A stretch of DNA of 64,000 bases from Rebecca billardiae RCC1528 (Eukaryota; Protista; Haptophyta), in assembly GCA_965240325.2 (NCBI GenBank), contig OZ251222.1, forward strand, positions 496,001 to 560,000, in the 5' to 3' direction. Shown here piece after piece: positions 9,641 to 20,915 of this stretch. Numbering within the stretch: position 1 is the first letter of the stretch; every line of letters starts with the position of its first letter. The position numbers were made by a program, and so were the translations under genes. The notes below the pieces were generated by a model, which was not told where the DNA came from, did not search any database, and saw only the letters and a program-made list of their open reading frames with translations.

Positions 9641-12433
9641 TCAGCATCCCGACTGCCGTGTCGCGGCCGCCTCCCGCTTCGCCTCGAGCTCGCGCTGGTG
9701 CTCGAGGCGCGCATGGCGGAACCGCATCTGTGCCGCGGCGCGAATTGCCCAGCTCGGCGTGTCGGGCATCGCATAGCCGATCACAAGCCGTACGATGATG
9801 AGCGTGTGCTCGAGCAGCACGACCACAGCCAGCTTGCCGCCAATGAAGTCGGACAGTGAGCCGCCCTCACGCTGGACGGTGGGGATACTGTCGAAGCCGA
9901 AGACGCGCGTGAACGCCAGCAACGAGTCGGACACCTGCCACAGGATCGCCATGTTGGACACGATCGCGAGATAGGCGAGGAGCTCGAGGAAGAACTCCCA
10001 CACGCCGAGGGACGCAGCGTCCTCGTGCCGCGCGCGCCGGCTTTCAATCACGGCCGTGTGCGCGTCGGTCTTGCGCTCGAAGATGTTGTTCACGAAGGCG
10101 AAGAAGGAGGTGGGCGGGAACGCCACCGCAAACATGGTGACGTATCCGAGCTGGATCGCCACCTCCGCCATCTCGGCGAGCGTGCCCAGGTGCTCGGGCA
10201 GTGCGCGCTCGCGGTCGAGCCGCTCGCACAGCGGCAGCGTGAGCACCCACCGTGCGTGCGCGTGCGCGTGCTCCGACGCGTGCCCCCGCATGATCCCGCC
10301 CGCGACCGCGGCTGAGTGCGCGACGTCGATCGCACGCTCCATCACCGACGCCTGCCGGTACAGGCTGCCAGATCTCGACGCGTGCCGATGCGCGAGGTTC
10401 CCCGACGATGGCGGCGCCATCGCCGCCTCCACCGAGTCCGGCGTGGAGGCCATCGCCGCCGCCCCAAGCGCCCGCTGCTCGGAGACCGCCGCCGACGTGC
10501 GCGCGCCGTCGCTGCTCGTGGGCGATATCTCGGGGACGTCGGTGACCGCGCTCAGCCGCTCTGCCGTGCTCCTGCCTGCTGCAGCGTCGCGCCGCTTGTC
10601 CTCCTGCCACAGCGCGTCCACATGCGCGAGCAGCTCGCCCCAGAGCTCCACCGCGTGCGCGTCTTTGCGAGCCAGGCGGAACGAGCTGTTCTTCATCGAC
10701 AGCAGACTCATCTTGCCTTTGCTGGGAGGAGGGGAAGGCGAAGCACTCGCGAGCACGCGGCTTGGCTTCCGCGCGAGCCCCGAGTTGCGGAGGGCGTGCC
10801 GCAGCGCTCGGCGGACCCGCGGCAGGATGAGCGTGCGCACGTGCCGCATGGCCGTGTGATTGCCCAAGGCGATCACCACCATCTGCAAAGAGATCTCGAC
10901 CATGCAGGTGTTGCCGCACGTGTCGGCGAGGGCCTCTTGACCGAAGAGCCAGAGCTGCGTCGTCTTGAAGAAAGCTATGTAGATAATCGCGCTGTACGCG
11001 TTGACAAAGTTGAAGGCGAACGTGCGCGTCGCGAGCGCATCTTCGTGCGCCGCGTCAGTCCTATGGAGCTCCCACTCGGTGATCTTCTCGCCCAGGCGCG
11101 ACCACGAGAGTTGAGATGTGGTGATGTACGCGGCGGTCAGGAGCGAGCCGAGAACGAGCCCGGTGAGCCGCCAGTCCAGCACGTTGATGAAGTACGCGCG
11201 CAACGCGAGCACGGCGAACGAGCCGGTGGCCATTCCGCCGACCGCGCCCAGCGAGACGAGCGTGGCCAACCGCCGGCGGGAGCGCAGCAGCTTCCCGGGA
11301 ACAACGGCGCTGACGGGCGCCTCGGGGTCGGAGTCGAGATCGATGAAGCCACCCTCGCCCGGAGCGTGGAACCCATTCCGGAACTCGGCCTGGGCGCACG
11401 CCGCGTACGCAAAGCGCGAGGGCTCCACGCCGCCATGCTGGCTGACGGCCGTGTCGCCGTGCCACTCGACGCGGAGCTCGGCCGCGCGCTGCCGCCAGCG
11501 CTTGAGCAGCACGAGCGTCCACACGCACACCAGGAAGGCGTACATGGGCAGCATGGGGTTGTCCAGCGCCGTGCGCAGCGCGGGTACGTGCAGCCGCCCG
11601 TCCCGCCACACCGAGTCGCGCAGCAGCAGCGCGATCATGAACGCAATCAGCCCTAAGCTCACTGCGGCCAAAAAGGCCAGGTAGCGCGTGTACAGCGCGA
11701 GGAAGGCGAAATACAGGGCGAGCTTGTCGCCGAGGTACGCCCGCACGCTGTCGCCCTCGAAGGGCAAGCTCGGGTGCACCCACGAGAGAAGCAGCGCCGC
11801 CTGCGCGAACGGATCGTGCAGGCAAAACCAGTCGGCGATCAGCCCCTCCGCTCGCGCGCGGCCGAGATGCATGCCACAGCCGCCCAAAGCGACCGGCTCC
11901 TCGAGCGCGCGCAGCAGGATGGACTGGCGCTCGTGGGAAGTGAACGCCGCGGCGGCAAGGGTGTCGCCCTTTGTCAGCGGGTCCGACTCGAAGTCAGCCA
12001 GCCGGGCGGTGGTGAACGGCTCGCGCAGGGCGATCACGCCACCTGTTCGCCTCGCGACAGAGTCGCAAAGCCGCTTCGACAGCTTGAACGCCTCGGCGCG
12101 CTTGGCGAGCTCGGCGCCGGGGAGCGCGACCAGCATGTACTGAACGCTCTCGTCAGAAGGCGACTCCACCTCGTGGAGCAGCATCCCCGAGCGCCTCATC
12201 GTCTGCCACATCGCCTCTCGCGCCGCGTCGACCATCTTCGCCAAGCCCGGGCTACTCGGAGCATCGGGCAAGACGAGGCAGAGCGAGTACGCCACCTCGC
12301 CGTTGCGAAAGTGTGGCACATCCGGCTTGCCGAGATGTGGGTCGGACGCGTTGTCCGGCATCGGGGCCGGAGCGACCCGTGCTCGCGTGGCAGCGACCGC
12401 CGCGACGGCCGCCTCGCCCTTCAACGTGCTCAT
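9641..12433 (-). CDS. Anoctamin/TMEM16 family channel or scramblase
   Basis: VRAYLGDKLALYFAFL, ITEWELHRT, FNFVNAYSAIIYIAF, EMAEVAIQLGYVTMFAVAFP, NNIFERKTDA, LGVW, LLEH motifs. Start uncertain (12433 or upstream). Confidence 0.92.
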   Translation of the reverse strand: MSTLKGEAAVAAVAATRARVAPAPMPDNASDPHLGKPDVPHFRNGEVAYSLCLVLPDAPSSPGLAKMVDAAREAMWQTMRRSGMLLHEVESPSDESVQYMLVALPGAELAKRAEAFKLSKRLCDSVARRTGGVIALREPFTTARLADFESDPLTKGDTLAAAAFTSHERQSILLRALEEPVALGGCGMHLGRARAEGLIADWFCLHDPFAQAALLLSWVHPSLPFEGDSVRAYLGDKLALYFAFLALYTRYLAFLAAVSLGLIAFMIALLLRDSVWRDGRLHVPALRTALDNPMLPMYAFLVCVWTLVLLKRWRQRAAELRVEWHGDTAVSQHGGVEPSRFAYAACAQAEFRNGFHAPGEGGFIDLDSDPEAPVSAVVPGKLLRSRRRLATLVSLGAVGGMATGSFAVLALRAYFINVLDWRLTGLVLGSLLTAAYITTSQLSWSRLGEKITEWELHRTDAAHEDALATRTFAFNFVNAYSAIIYIAFFKTTQLWLFGQEALADTCGNTCMVEISLQMVVIALGNHTAMRHVRTLILPRVRRALRHALRNSGLARKPSRVLASASPSPPPSKGKMSLLSMKNSSFRLARKDAHAVELWGELLAHVDALWQEDKRRDAAAGRSTAERLSAVTDVPEISPTSSDGARTSAAVSEQRALGAAAMASTPDSVEAAMAPPSSGNLAHRHASRSGSLYRQASVMERAIDVAHSAAVAGGIMRGHASEHAHAHARWVLTLPLCERLDRERALPEHLGTLAEMAEVAIQLGYVTMFAVAFPPTSFFAFVNNIFERKTDAHTAVIESRRARHEDAASLGVWEFFLELLAYLAIVSNMAILWQVSDSLLAFTRVFGFDSIPTVQREGGSLSDFIGGKLAVVVLLEHTLIIVRLVIGYAMPDTPSWAIRAAAQMRFRHARLEHQRELEAKREAAATRQSGC

Positions 12434-12764
12434 CCGCCCGCCAGAGATGAGGTGGATCGAAAGATTCGTGTTGCTGTGTTGCAGCTTCTGCACGTAAGAT
12501 TCCCCCGCTTTTGATGGAGCCACGACGTGCATCGCCGAGAGATCTTTGATTGCAGATACTGATGAAGTAATCATAGTACATTATTACCCCTATGAAAAAG
12601 GAAGGGTGGTATCGAACAACCCGATACGGTGTGGGTACGTACCGTACCCGCTATCATCTATGGTCCTTGCTTCTCGAATAGGTTGTGGTCATCGCACACG
12701 CCTTAACCAAGTGTGCACGTTAAATCATAGTAAACTGTATTCATCAATTAAGGCCCGAGCCACG

Positions 12765-14282
12765 ATGGCGGATTTCGGCGACACCGCCTCTAGTGACACG
12801 GTGTATGCACGTGCAACGGTGTATGCACGGCACGGGCCGTGCGGCGACACCGCCACCCCAACAACGCCGCCGGTCCGATTGCGACCGCTGCTGATCGCGG
12901 CCGCGGACGGCAGCACGCGCACCGTCGGCACGTTCCCGACAGCCCTGCACAGCGACGTGCGTGCCGTGATTCTCGGCCTGAAGCGCGCGCTGCGCGGCAA
13001 AGGGCGCCCAGTTCAGCTGAGCCCCGAGCGGATCGCAGCTGTGGAGCGCGCGCTGGCGGCTGGCTCCGAGTACGCGACGCTGGCTGATCTGCGCGATGCG
13101 ATCGCGACGTGGTCCTCGGGCTACGCGCTCAACGACGCCGAGGCGATCAATCGCTACTACGACGCCAGGCGAGCAGATGCGTACTCAGCGCACAACGCGC
13201 ACACGCAGCGGACGCTGGCACGGCACGCGCTGCAGATGCTACCCACGCTCCCGCGGACGGGCGAGCTCGTGCTCGACCTCGGCTGTGGAAGCGGGCTCTC
13301 CTCTGCCACCTTCGGCACTGCCGCCCCAGGCGCGTTCACGATCGGCGTCGACCTCTCGCGCGCCATGCTCGAGCGCGCGCGCGTCGACCATCCTCACCTC
13401 GACTTTGTGCAGGCAGACATCTCGCAGCCGCTGCCCTTCCGCGAGGGCGCGTTCGAGCACGCGCTGAGCGTGTCGACGGTGCAGCACCTGTGCGTCGACG
13501 CCGCCGACGGGCGCGCCGCCGAGGCGCGGCTCCAAACACTCTTCGCCGAGACGGCGCGTCGCGTGCGCGCGGGCGGCAGCTTTGCGTGCCAGTGCCATCC
13601 GCGTGAGCCCGAGCGCGAGGCAGCACTGCTCTCACGCGCGTGCGCGCGGGAGGGCGTGAGCCTCGTGCCGGTCATAGACCAGCCGTATCGCTCGGAGCGT
13701 GGCCGCTGGTTCTTTGTGGCCGGCGATGAGGCCGCCGCTGCCGAGGCTCGGCCGTGCGCCGTGCACGCGCACCTCTCGGCTGGCCTCGCCTCGTGCGCGC
13801 TCGAGCTCGCGCGAGCACGCGCAGCGCGCGGCCCGGCTGCAGGAGGCCACGAGAGGGGCCATGAGAGCGACGCAGCACTCAGCGCCCGTCAGCAGGCGAT
13901 GGAAGAGGCGCGCGCTCATCTGGACTGGCTCGTGCAGGACCACCTTCGAGTCGCGCACCGATGGCTGCGCCTGGCGCGGCGCGACGCCAGCACGCCGCCC
14001 GCCGCGCCGGCGGCGGATGCGGGGGCGGAGAGCTCGGGCGAGTCTGGAGCTGGCGCTGCGGCCGAGGCTGCTTCTTCCGCGCTCGGGCCGCAGCAAGCTC
14101 TCCTCCGCGGCAGCTCGAAGCAGGCGCGCGCCGCGGATCGACTGACCGCAGGGCAAGCGGCTGTCGCAAGAGAGCTCATGCTGCGGATTGGTCGCGATGC
14201 CGACCTGACCGCGCTGCGCGAGCACACCGAGGAAGTGCTCGAGGTCTTGCACGGTGGAGGTCCGATTCGCGCGGTCATGTAG
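12765..14282 (+). CDS. Class I SAM-dependent methyltransferase, Bud23/WBSCR22-like
   Basis: LDLGCGSGLS, GVDLSRAML, LPFREGAFEHALSVSTVQHL, VIDQP..RWFFV parallel the Bud23 motifs. Confidence 0.75.
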   Translation: MADFGDTASSDTVYARATVYARHGPCGDTATPTTPPVRLRPLLIAAADGSTRTVGTFPTALHSDVRAVILGLKRALRGKGRPVQLSPERIAAVERALAAGSEYATLADLRDAIATWSSGYALNDAEAINRYYDARRADAYSAHNAHTQRTLARHALQMLPTLPRTGELVLDLGCGSGLSSATFGTAAPGAFTIGVDLSRAMLERARVDHPHLDFVQADISQPLPFREGAFEHALSVSTVQHLCVDAADGRAAEARLQTLFAETARRVRAGGSFACQCHPREPEREAALLSRACAREGVSLVPVIDQPYRSERGRWFFVAGDEAAAAEARPCAVHAHLSAGLASCALELARARAARGPAAGGHERGHESDAALSARQQAMEEARAHLDWLVQDHLRVAHRWLRLARRDASTPPAAPAADAGAESSGESGAGAAAEAASSALGPQQALLRGSSKQARAADRLTAGQAAVARELMLRIGRDADLTALREHTEEVLEVLHGGGPIRAVM

Positions 14283-14593
14283 TTGGCTACCGCCCCCCGG
14301 CGCTGTTCTTTCTCGTCGCTCGGCGGAGTGCCGACACTCAGATCGAGTGACGACGAAGCCGGACTTTGATCACTATCAGATACACTAACACCCTGCACGC
14401 CTGCTGTGCCGGCGAGCGGGCCTGCCGCGCCGCGCACGGCGCAGTCCGCGTGACCGCGGCGTGACGACGGGGCCGCGGCGCGTGTCATTCAGCATATATG
14501 CTGATGACGCATTATCGCCGCCGCCAGATCGCTGCATGTCCGCACTATTGTACCGTACAGACTATTCTCAGACACTACGGCTACAGTATTGAG

Positions 14594-14612
14594 TATATAT
14601 ATATATATATAT
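14594..14612. repeat. (TA)n microsatellite
   Basis: About 9 TA units in an intergenic spacer. Confidence 0.9.
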
Positions 14613-15055
14613 GACTCAAATCTCAATCTGACTCAGAGAGCTGATCGAGATTCGAGTGTCAGTAGTGAGACTGAGAGTACTGAGACGCGGACCGCGTAGT
14701 CCGTCAGGCTGCAGCATACGGTGCCGGCCATGACCGGCATCGCGGGCCTCACTCCTCAGTGTCTACACTGAGCACTATCTGCTTGTACCGCGTGCGCGGT
14801 ACCCTGGCACGGCGCCATGGGGTCCGACGCCACGTCGCCACGGGTCGGCCGGACTCAGACTGCGGCTGCGCCGTGCACGGTGCACGCGACGCGTGTGGCG
14901 CCGTCCAGTCACCAGACTGGTAGACCGTCCTTTCATTGGCACGAACCAGGGCGCGTGAAAGGTGAGCGATGACGGCTGCTGCGAGGCGCAGGCGCGCGAT
15001 GCAAACGAGCCTGCGCGCGCCGCCGCGGACGAGTTCTCCTAGTAGTACATCCCAT

Positions 15056-16566
15056 TCATGGGCTGCCCGCAGCCGGTGCGGCCGCCGCCCTCGCCAAGGC
15101 CTTGGCAGCGGGCTCGACGACAACGGCCTTGTGCATGTCCGGCCTGGAGAGGTGCGCGCACCCGAGCACGACCTCGGGGAGCTCCTCCTCGGACTGCCCC
15201 TCGATCACCCACGCGATGTCCATGGCCAGGAGCTTCGACTGCGGCAGCATCATCTTCCACACCTGCGTCGCGATCACGGACGTGCCGACGTCGATGATCA
15301 CCTCCAAGTGGTTGGCGGACTCGTACCAGTGCGCCTTGAGCTTGTTCCCGATGATCGCCGGCTTGTTGGCGACGGTTTTTTGGAAGGCCTCCGAGGGGCT
15401 GTCCACGATCACGGGGATGAGCTTCAGCCGCGTGTTCCGCTCCGCCGGCGGCATCGCCACGAAGCGGTCCCACAGCGCCTCCCACGTCGGGTTGTTGGAG
15501 CGGCCGACGCGCCCAAAGTAGCAGATGAAGTTGACGTACTCGTCCGGCGCGAGCGACGGCGCCCTCGGGAGCGCAAAGTTGACGCAGAAGATGAAGGGCT
15601 TTTCGCGCGGGGCCTGCCGCCTGCCCGAGCCGCTGTCGCTCGCCGGCGGCGTCGTGCTGGGCGTCTTCAGCCTGCCATCACGGTCGGCCGGCGCTCGTTG
15701 GCGGTTGGCGAAGCTCGCAGCGTCGCGAGGCGACGCGGCGCCCCCACCCCGCCGCCCGCTCGTCGGCGGTGGGTTGAGCAGCTGCTGGTACGCGTCGGAG
15801 TTGAGGATGCCATCCGGGTGCTCACAGAAGTTGCGCGAGCTCTCGGTGCTCTGCGCGCGCGCGCGCGCGCGCGCACGTCGCAGGAAAGGGCGGGGCGGGG
15901 TCAGGTGCGGCCGGCGGTCGACATCGGAGCGACGGGGAATGCGCAGTGCAGGGCAGGCGCTCACCCGCAGGACCTCGGCGCCGAGGAACTCGAACATGCG
16001 CGGCGCCGATCGCGCCTTGCGCCGCGTCGTCAGGTACTGCTTTGTGCGCACCAGGAAGTACGTGTCCACGCGCGCGCACGAGTGGTCAGACTTGACCGGC
16101 TTGCGCGGGTACGTGCCGAACTGCGGCAGCACGTCCTCGGGCTCGGGCTGGACGCCACCCGAGGTGTCGAGCTGGCTGCCCACGTCGGCGGCGCCACGAG
16201 CGAGGCCGAAGAAGGTGGCCACGCTATTTGCATAGTGCATCATGCTCGTCGCAAGCCCTTCGAAGAACATCACTGCGGGCACACACACGCGCACGGCGCA
16301 CAGGTCGGGCGCGAGCTTGTGAGCGATCGGGCGCGCGCGGCACGGGAAGCGGGTGGCGTCCCTCAACGAAGGCACATGTCGGTGTGCATGGGTGCGGCGC
16401 GCTCACCGACTGTATCATATGGGCCCTGCGGGTGCGCAATCGGCTCCTCATTTTCGGGCGCGCCATTTGTGGTCGCCGGATCCGTCATCACGATTTCATC
16501 CTCGTGTTTGCCCGCCTTACCCTTGCCCAATCTTTGCCGCAGCTTCGACAGCGGCTTGGGAGCCAT
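15056..16566 (-). CDS. EDR2 C-terminal (DUF1336) domain protein; introns 16273-16406 and 15851-15964
   Basis: FLVRTKQYL..RRK, FIFCVNF, RNTRLKLIP, NKPAIIGNKL, LEVIIDV, DIAWVIEGQSEEELPEVVLG match DUF1336. Splice phases are consistent. Confidence 0.85.
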
Positions 16567-17031
16567 GCCAGGCTGCCACCCCGCCGCGCTCGCGAGCTCC
16601 GACCTTAGGCAACCTGCGGCGGGGTATCAAGCAGCTCACACGCCGAGCACACCACCACACGCTTTTCGACGGTGCGCCCCCTTGCAACCCCGCTCAACTG
16701 TCCGGGCGCCTCACCACTATTCGGGAACGCTTCGAATGTTGGTATGATGCGGGTAGGTACTTACCACTTTTGGCCGGCGACAAACGTCATCCTCTCGCGG
16801 AATGACGGACGCCTCGCTCCGGTGATCGACGGACTAGGCGACCGTGGCGGTGACGGCGCCCTGGCCGCTACAACCTTCTGTCAGAGCGGCGAGCACTCCC
16901 GCCTCGGCCCGAATGCACTCTCCACCCACGCATGCCGCTCGCGGCCGCCGCCCGCCCTCGCCCTCGAAGCGAGCGCGCGACTGAACTCCGCAGAGCCAGA
17001 GTGCCACGGTGACTGCTCTCTGAGCTCACGG

Positions 17032-18223
17032 TCACGTCGCAGGGCTCGCCCACCCCTCGTGCTGAGTCCACAACATCCGCGCCACCGGATCTCTTGTGTA
17101 GTCGCGCTCGACGGGATCGACCGTGCGCGTGATGACCAGCCCTTTTGACGTGTGCAGCTTGCGCGTGGACGCCACCGTCGCGGTGAGCGAGAACTCCGAA
17201 TCTCGATAGCTCACGTTGAGGCCGCCCGCCTGCGCGCGCCGCGCCGCGTGAACGCCGGCGGGCGGGGCCGTGAGCGAGTTAGGGAGAGGCTGCCGCGCCG
17301 GCGATCATCCCGGCGCGCGCGCGCGCGCGCACACACACATACGCACACACGGGGCGCGCGCGCACCTTGGATGCCGAGTACGCGCCGGGGTCGACGACGG
17401 GCCCGCCGTGCGTGAAGTCCGTCTGATACGTCGACACGCCCGTGTCCTTGTAGGTGGGTACCCCCGGGAAGGAGTTGGTGCGCTGGATCAGCACGTTCTG
17501 CCGCTGCTGGTAGTCCTGCCACGACTTGATCGAGCGGTTCTTGGTGCGGTACGGCGTCTCGTGGAACGTCAGCGACGTGTTCGGCGTGGTCTTCTGCGGC
17601 GGCACCGTCAGCGAGAGGTTGGCCGGCATGAGCATGCGCAGCGTCTTGTACCGCGCGTACATCTGGGAGTTGTACGGGTTGGTGGAGGGCACGAGCTGCG
17701 CGCCGTCTGCCGGCTCGGCGCCCGTGCCGGCGAGCCCGCCGGCCAGGCCGCGCTCGGAGCGAAACGTCGAGGGCGTGGGCGGCAAGTGCTTAAAGTCCGG
17801 GTGCAGCTCGCGCAGCCCGCGCGCGAACTCTGCGTAGTCGATTAGGCCGTCGCCGTGCGCGTCCATCCGCTCAATCAAGCGCGTGGCGGATTCGGAGTCG
17901 AGCTTGAGCGCGTTCTGCGAGCAGAGCCAGCGGAGCTCGTTCAGATCGATTCGGCCTGAGCCGTGGCGATCGGCCTGCCGGAACCATCTGTGCAGCTGCC
18001 TAAACCGCGCGGAGTCGAGGTCGCCCGGGCTGGGCTCGGGCTGGCGCTCAGCGCCGCGCGCCGGCCTGTCCTCGAATCGGGCCTGGGTTCGCAGCTTCGC
18101 CAGGTTGGTGCGGTTGTTGTTGTCGAGCCGATCCTCCTGTCGCAGCCGCTCCTGCCAGGCCTGCGCATTGCCTGAGTTCAGCCCTGAGCTGCGCTGCGGC
18201 GCCTGGGCGCGGAGCTTCCCCAT
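17032..18223 (-). CDS. EF-hand calcium-binding protein; intron 17230-17365
   Basis: Two EF-hand loops DRHGSGRIDLNEL and DAHGDGLIDYAEF. The last exon joins in frame (ASK|AGGLNVSYRD...). Confidence 0.75.
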
Positions 18224-18390
18224 GGCGGGGCAGCGATGATGGGTGCTGGCGGAGCCTGCTATCCGCACATGTAACAATCATGCCGTTTTCAGTTTAGAAA
18301 CGGAACGACCGCGCGGCGCGCGAGTTGGCGGTCGACGGACCCCGAATGCGACGCACGATGGCGGACGGTGATCGCGCATGAACTACATCC

Positions 18391-20352
18391 ATGCTAGGCC
18401 GCAGCATCTCATTGCGCGCGGTGCTCACTCTCGTGCACCTCGTCGCGGTGGCACCTCAACAACCGAGCCTAGACGAGCTGCACGCCGCGGCTGCCGCGAA
18501 CCCAACCGATCCTGCCCTCCGCTTCTACCTCGGCAACGCGCTCGCGGCCGCGGGGCGGGCGCGCGAGGCGCTGCACGCATTCCAAGAGGCGGCGCGCATC
18601 GCCGGTGACGTTCCGGACGCGGCCGTGGCGTGGCTGAATGCAGGCAACCTGTACAGCGATGTCTTCGGCGACAAGGAGCGCGCACTCGCCTACTTTGAGC
18701 ACGCCGCCGCCCTGCAGCCGAGCAACCCGCGCGCTGAGCACAACCGCGGCAACGTGCTCATGGGGATGGACCGCTTCGAGGAGGCGCGAGCGGCGTACGC
18801 GAGGGCGGTGGCGGTCGCGCCGGAGTGGGGCGAGGCGACCGTGATGCTGCGCGTCGCCAAGCGCCGGCTCCTCGACTGGCGCGCGTGGGATGCCGACATG
18901 CGCGCGAGCGTCGCGCAGCTTCGGACAGAGCTCGCGCTTCGGGTCCCGCTGTCCGCGCAGCCGTTCGAGGCGGCGTTCCAGACGCCCTTCTCGCCTCGCG
19001 AGTCCTTGCTGATCGTGCGCTCGCGCGCCGAGACGATCGCGCCCACCCGAGCCGGCCTCGCCGTGCCCAAGCGTCCTCGCTCGTCCGGCTCGAGCGGCGC
19101 CGGCCACCTCGCTGCGCGGCCGCGCCTTCGCGTGGCTGTGGTGCACTCCGCGCCTTGGGCATCTCAGATCGCGCCGCATCTGGAGGCGGTGCTGCGCGTG
19201 TGGCTCGCGGCGAACGCGACGCACGGCGACAAGGCCCGCTCGGCCGAGACGGACCTCGACCTCAGCGTGTGGAGCACGCGCGCCATCTGGCCACCGCGAC
19301 AGCCGCTGCCGGACGCGGCCGCGCACCGACTGTGGCGGGCGGTGCACGCGAGGGGCAGGCTTCTGCAGCCACGCGCCGGATCGCCACGCGCACCGACGTT
19401 CTCGCAGCTGTGCCGTGGGCCCGGGCGTCCGCACGTGGCCGTGCTCATGTCCGCGCTCGGCGACGACGACATGGACGCGCAGCTCTTCGCCCGCCCAGGC
19501 CTGTGCGCGCCCGTGCAGTCGGTGTGGCTCGACTGGCCCGCCTCCACGGGCGCCTGGTGGGTCGGTCAGTACATGATTGACACGCGCGCGCTGCCACCAC
19601 CGCGCGCGGCCGCCGCGGCCTTCTCCGAGAAGCTCGTGCTCGCCCCACACTCGTTCTACCCCAACGCGCACGCGCTGGGCTCCGAGCCGTCGGCGGGCGA
19701 CCACGATGGCGGCACCCAGCCCGGTGACGTGCCAGCCGCTGCCGCAGCCGCTGCCGCAGCCGGGGCTGAGGCCAGCGCATCCGCCGCGCCCGACCTGCCG
19801 CCCCGACCGCGGGAGCATTCGCTTCCTGCCAAAGCCCGCCACTCCATGGGCTTCCCTCCGGGCCAGGGCCGCGTGCGCGTCGTGGCTAGCCGCAACCTGG
19901 CGCAGAAGGCCGACCCCGAGATCTTCTCCGTGTGGGCGGGCGTGCTGCGGCGCGCCGGGCGCGTCGCCCTTTGGCTGTACGCTGCGCCTCTCGAGGCGGC
20001 GCCACACCAGCGCGCTGAGATGCTCGCCCGCGGTGTGGCTGACGATCGGCTGGCGTCGACCGGCAAGCTCACGCGCGCCGAGCACACGCGCGCCCTCTCG
20101 CACGCCTCGCTCTGGCTGGACACGCCGGAGTACAACGCACACTCCACCGCCACCGACGTGCTGTACGCCGGGCTGCCTGGCGTCGCCCTCGGCGGGGAGA
20201 AGGTGGCCACGCGCATCTACGGCTCGATGCTGTGCGCCCTGGGCATCTGCGAGCCCCGGGTCCACTCGCGCCGCGAGTACGAGGACGTGGCAGCCCACCT
20301 GCTCGGCCGCTTGGCCGGCCGGCGCCGGCGGCACGAGCGGCTCCGTGACTAA
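18391..20352 (+). CDS. TPR + glycosyltransferase family 41 (OGT/SPINDLY-like) protein with N-terminal signal peptide
   Basis: TPRs (YLGNALAAAGR, AWLNAGNLY, AEHNRGNVL), then APVQSVW, FSEKLV, NLAQK, WLDTPEYNAHSTATDVLYAGLP of the GT41 C-terminal domain. Confidence 0.85.
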   Translation: MLGRSISLRAVLTLVHLVAVAPQQPSLDELHAAAAANPTDPALRFYLGNALAAAGRAREALHAFQEAARIAGDVPDAAVAWLNAGNLYSDVFGDKERALAYFEHAAALQPSNPRAEHNRGNVLMGMDRFEEARAAYARAVAVAPEWGEATVMLRVAKRRLLDWRAWDADMRASVAQLRTELALRVPLSAQPFEAAFQTPFSPRESLLIVRSRAETIAPTRAGLAVPKRPRSSGSSGAGHLAARPRLRVAVVHSAPWASQIAPHLEAVLRVWLAANATHGDKARSAETDLDLSVWSTRAIWPPRQPLPDAAAHRLWRAVHARGRLLQPRAGSPRAPTFSQLCRGPGRPHVAVLMSALGDDDMDAQLFARPGLCAPVQSVWLDWPASTGAWWVGQYMIDTRALPPPRAAAAAFSEKLVLAPHSFYPNAHALGSEPSAGDHDGGTQPGDVPAAAAAAAAAGAEASASAAPDLPPRPREHSLPAKARHSMGFPPGQGRVRVVASRNLAQKADPEIFSVWAGVLRRAGRVALWLYAAPLEAAPHQRAEMLARGVADDRLASTGKLTRAEHTRALSHASLWLDTPEYNAHSTATDVLYAGLPGVALGGEKVATRIYGSMLCALGICEPRVHSRREYEDVAAHLLGRLAGRRRRHERLRD

Positions 20353-20915
20353 TCGAGTGGCGCGCGCGATCCGGTCGACGACGGCGATCGTCAGCGACAG
20401 CAGTCGTCACTCACTCACTCAGCAGACTGCAGAGTGCAGTAGTGCGAGCTACGACAGCCGGGCCATCACTGTGCGGGTTACTACCACACATGATCCGCTC
20501 GGACGGGCTCAGTCACCAGCTGCCGCCATGGAGACGGCATCACTATTCACTCGTCGTCATTGTCTTTTAGTCACGTTACTAAATCTTATTAGTATGGCAT
20601 CATCATATTCATTAGCAGCACATGCGCGCAGGCGGCCGCCGGGGCTGCTGCGCGCAATAATCAATCGCGAGCATGGCGGCGACGCATCATCCGTCCCGGA
20701 CGGCCCGGGCGCCAGGGTTCGTTCCCAGGGCCGCCGCCCGCGGTGCCTGAGCCCGAGGGCTCCGCGACGACTCGTCGACTCGGAGTGACGACGACGGGCT
20801 GACGAACATTCAAAATTGACCCATCACTCGTCATCAATCACCGGGCAGCGCAGTGAGCCGCGCGATGCTGCCCTCTGCCATGCACGCGCTACCGCGCGAG
20901 CCACGCTCGAGGCCA

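Noticed and set aside
14761-14926. Possible MITE bounded by GTCTAC...GTAGAC (similar word at about 57043)
   Set aside because: The inverted match is only about 6 bp, with no target-site duplication and no second full copy in the window.
15852-15874. (CG)n runs as Z-DNA elements (also about 17313-17330 and 61061-61082)
   Set aside because: Expected at this GC and CpG content; mostly intronic, with no independent evidence of function.
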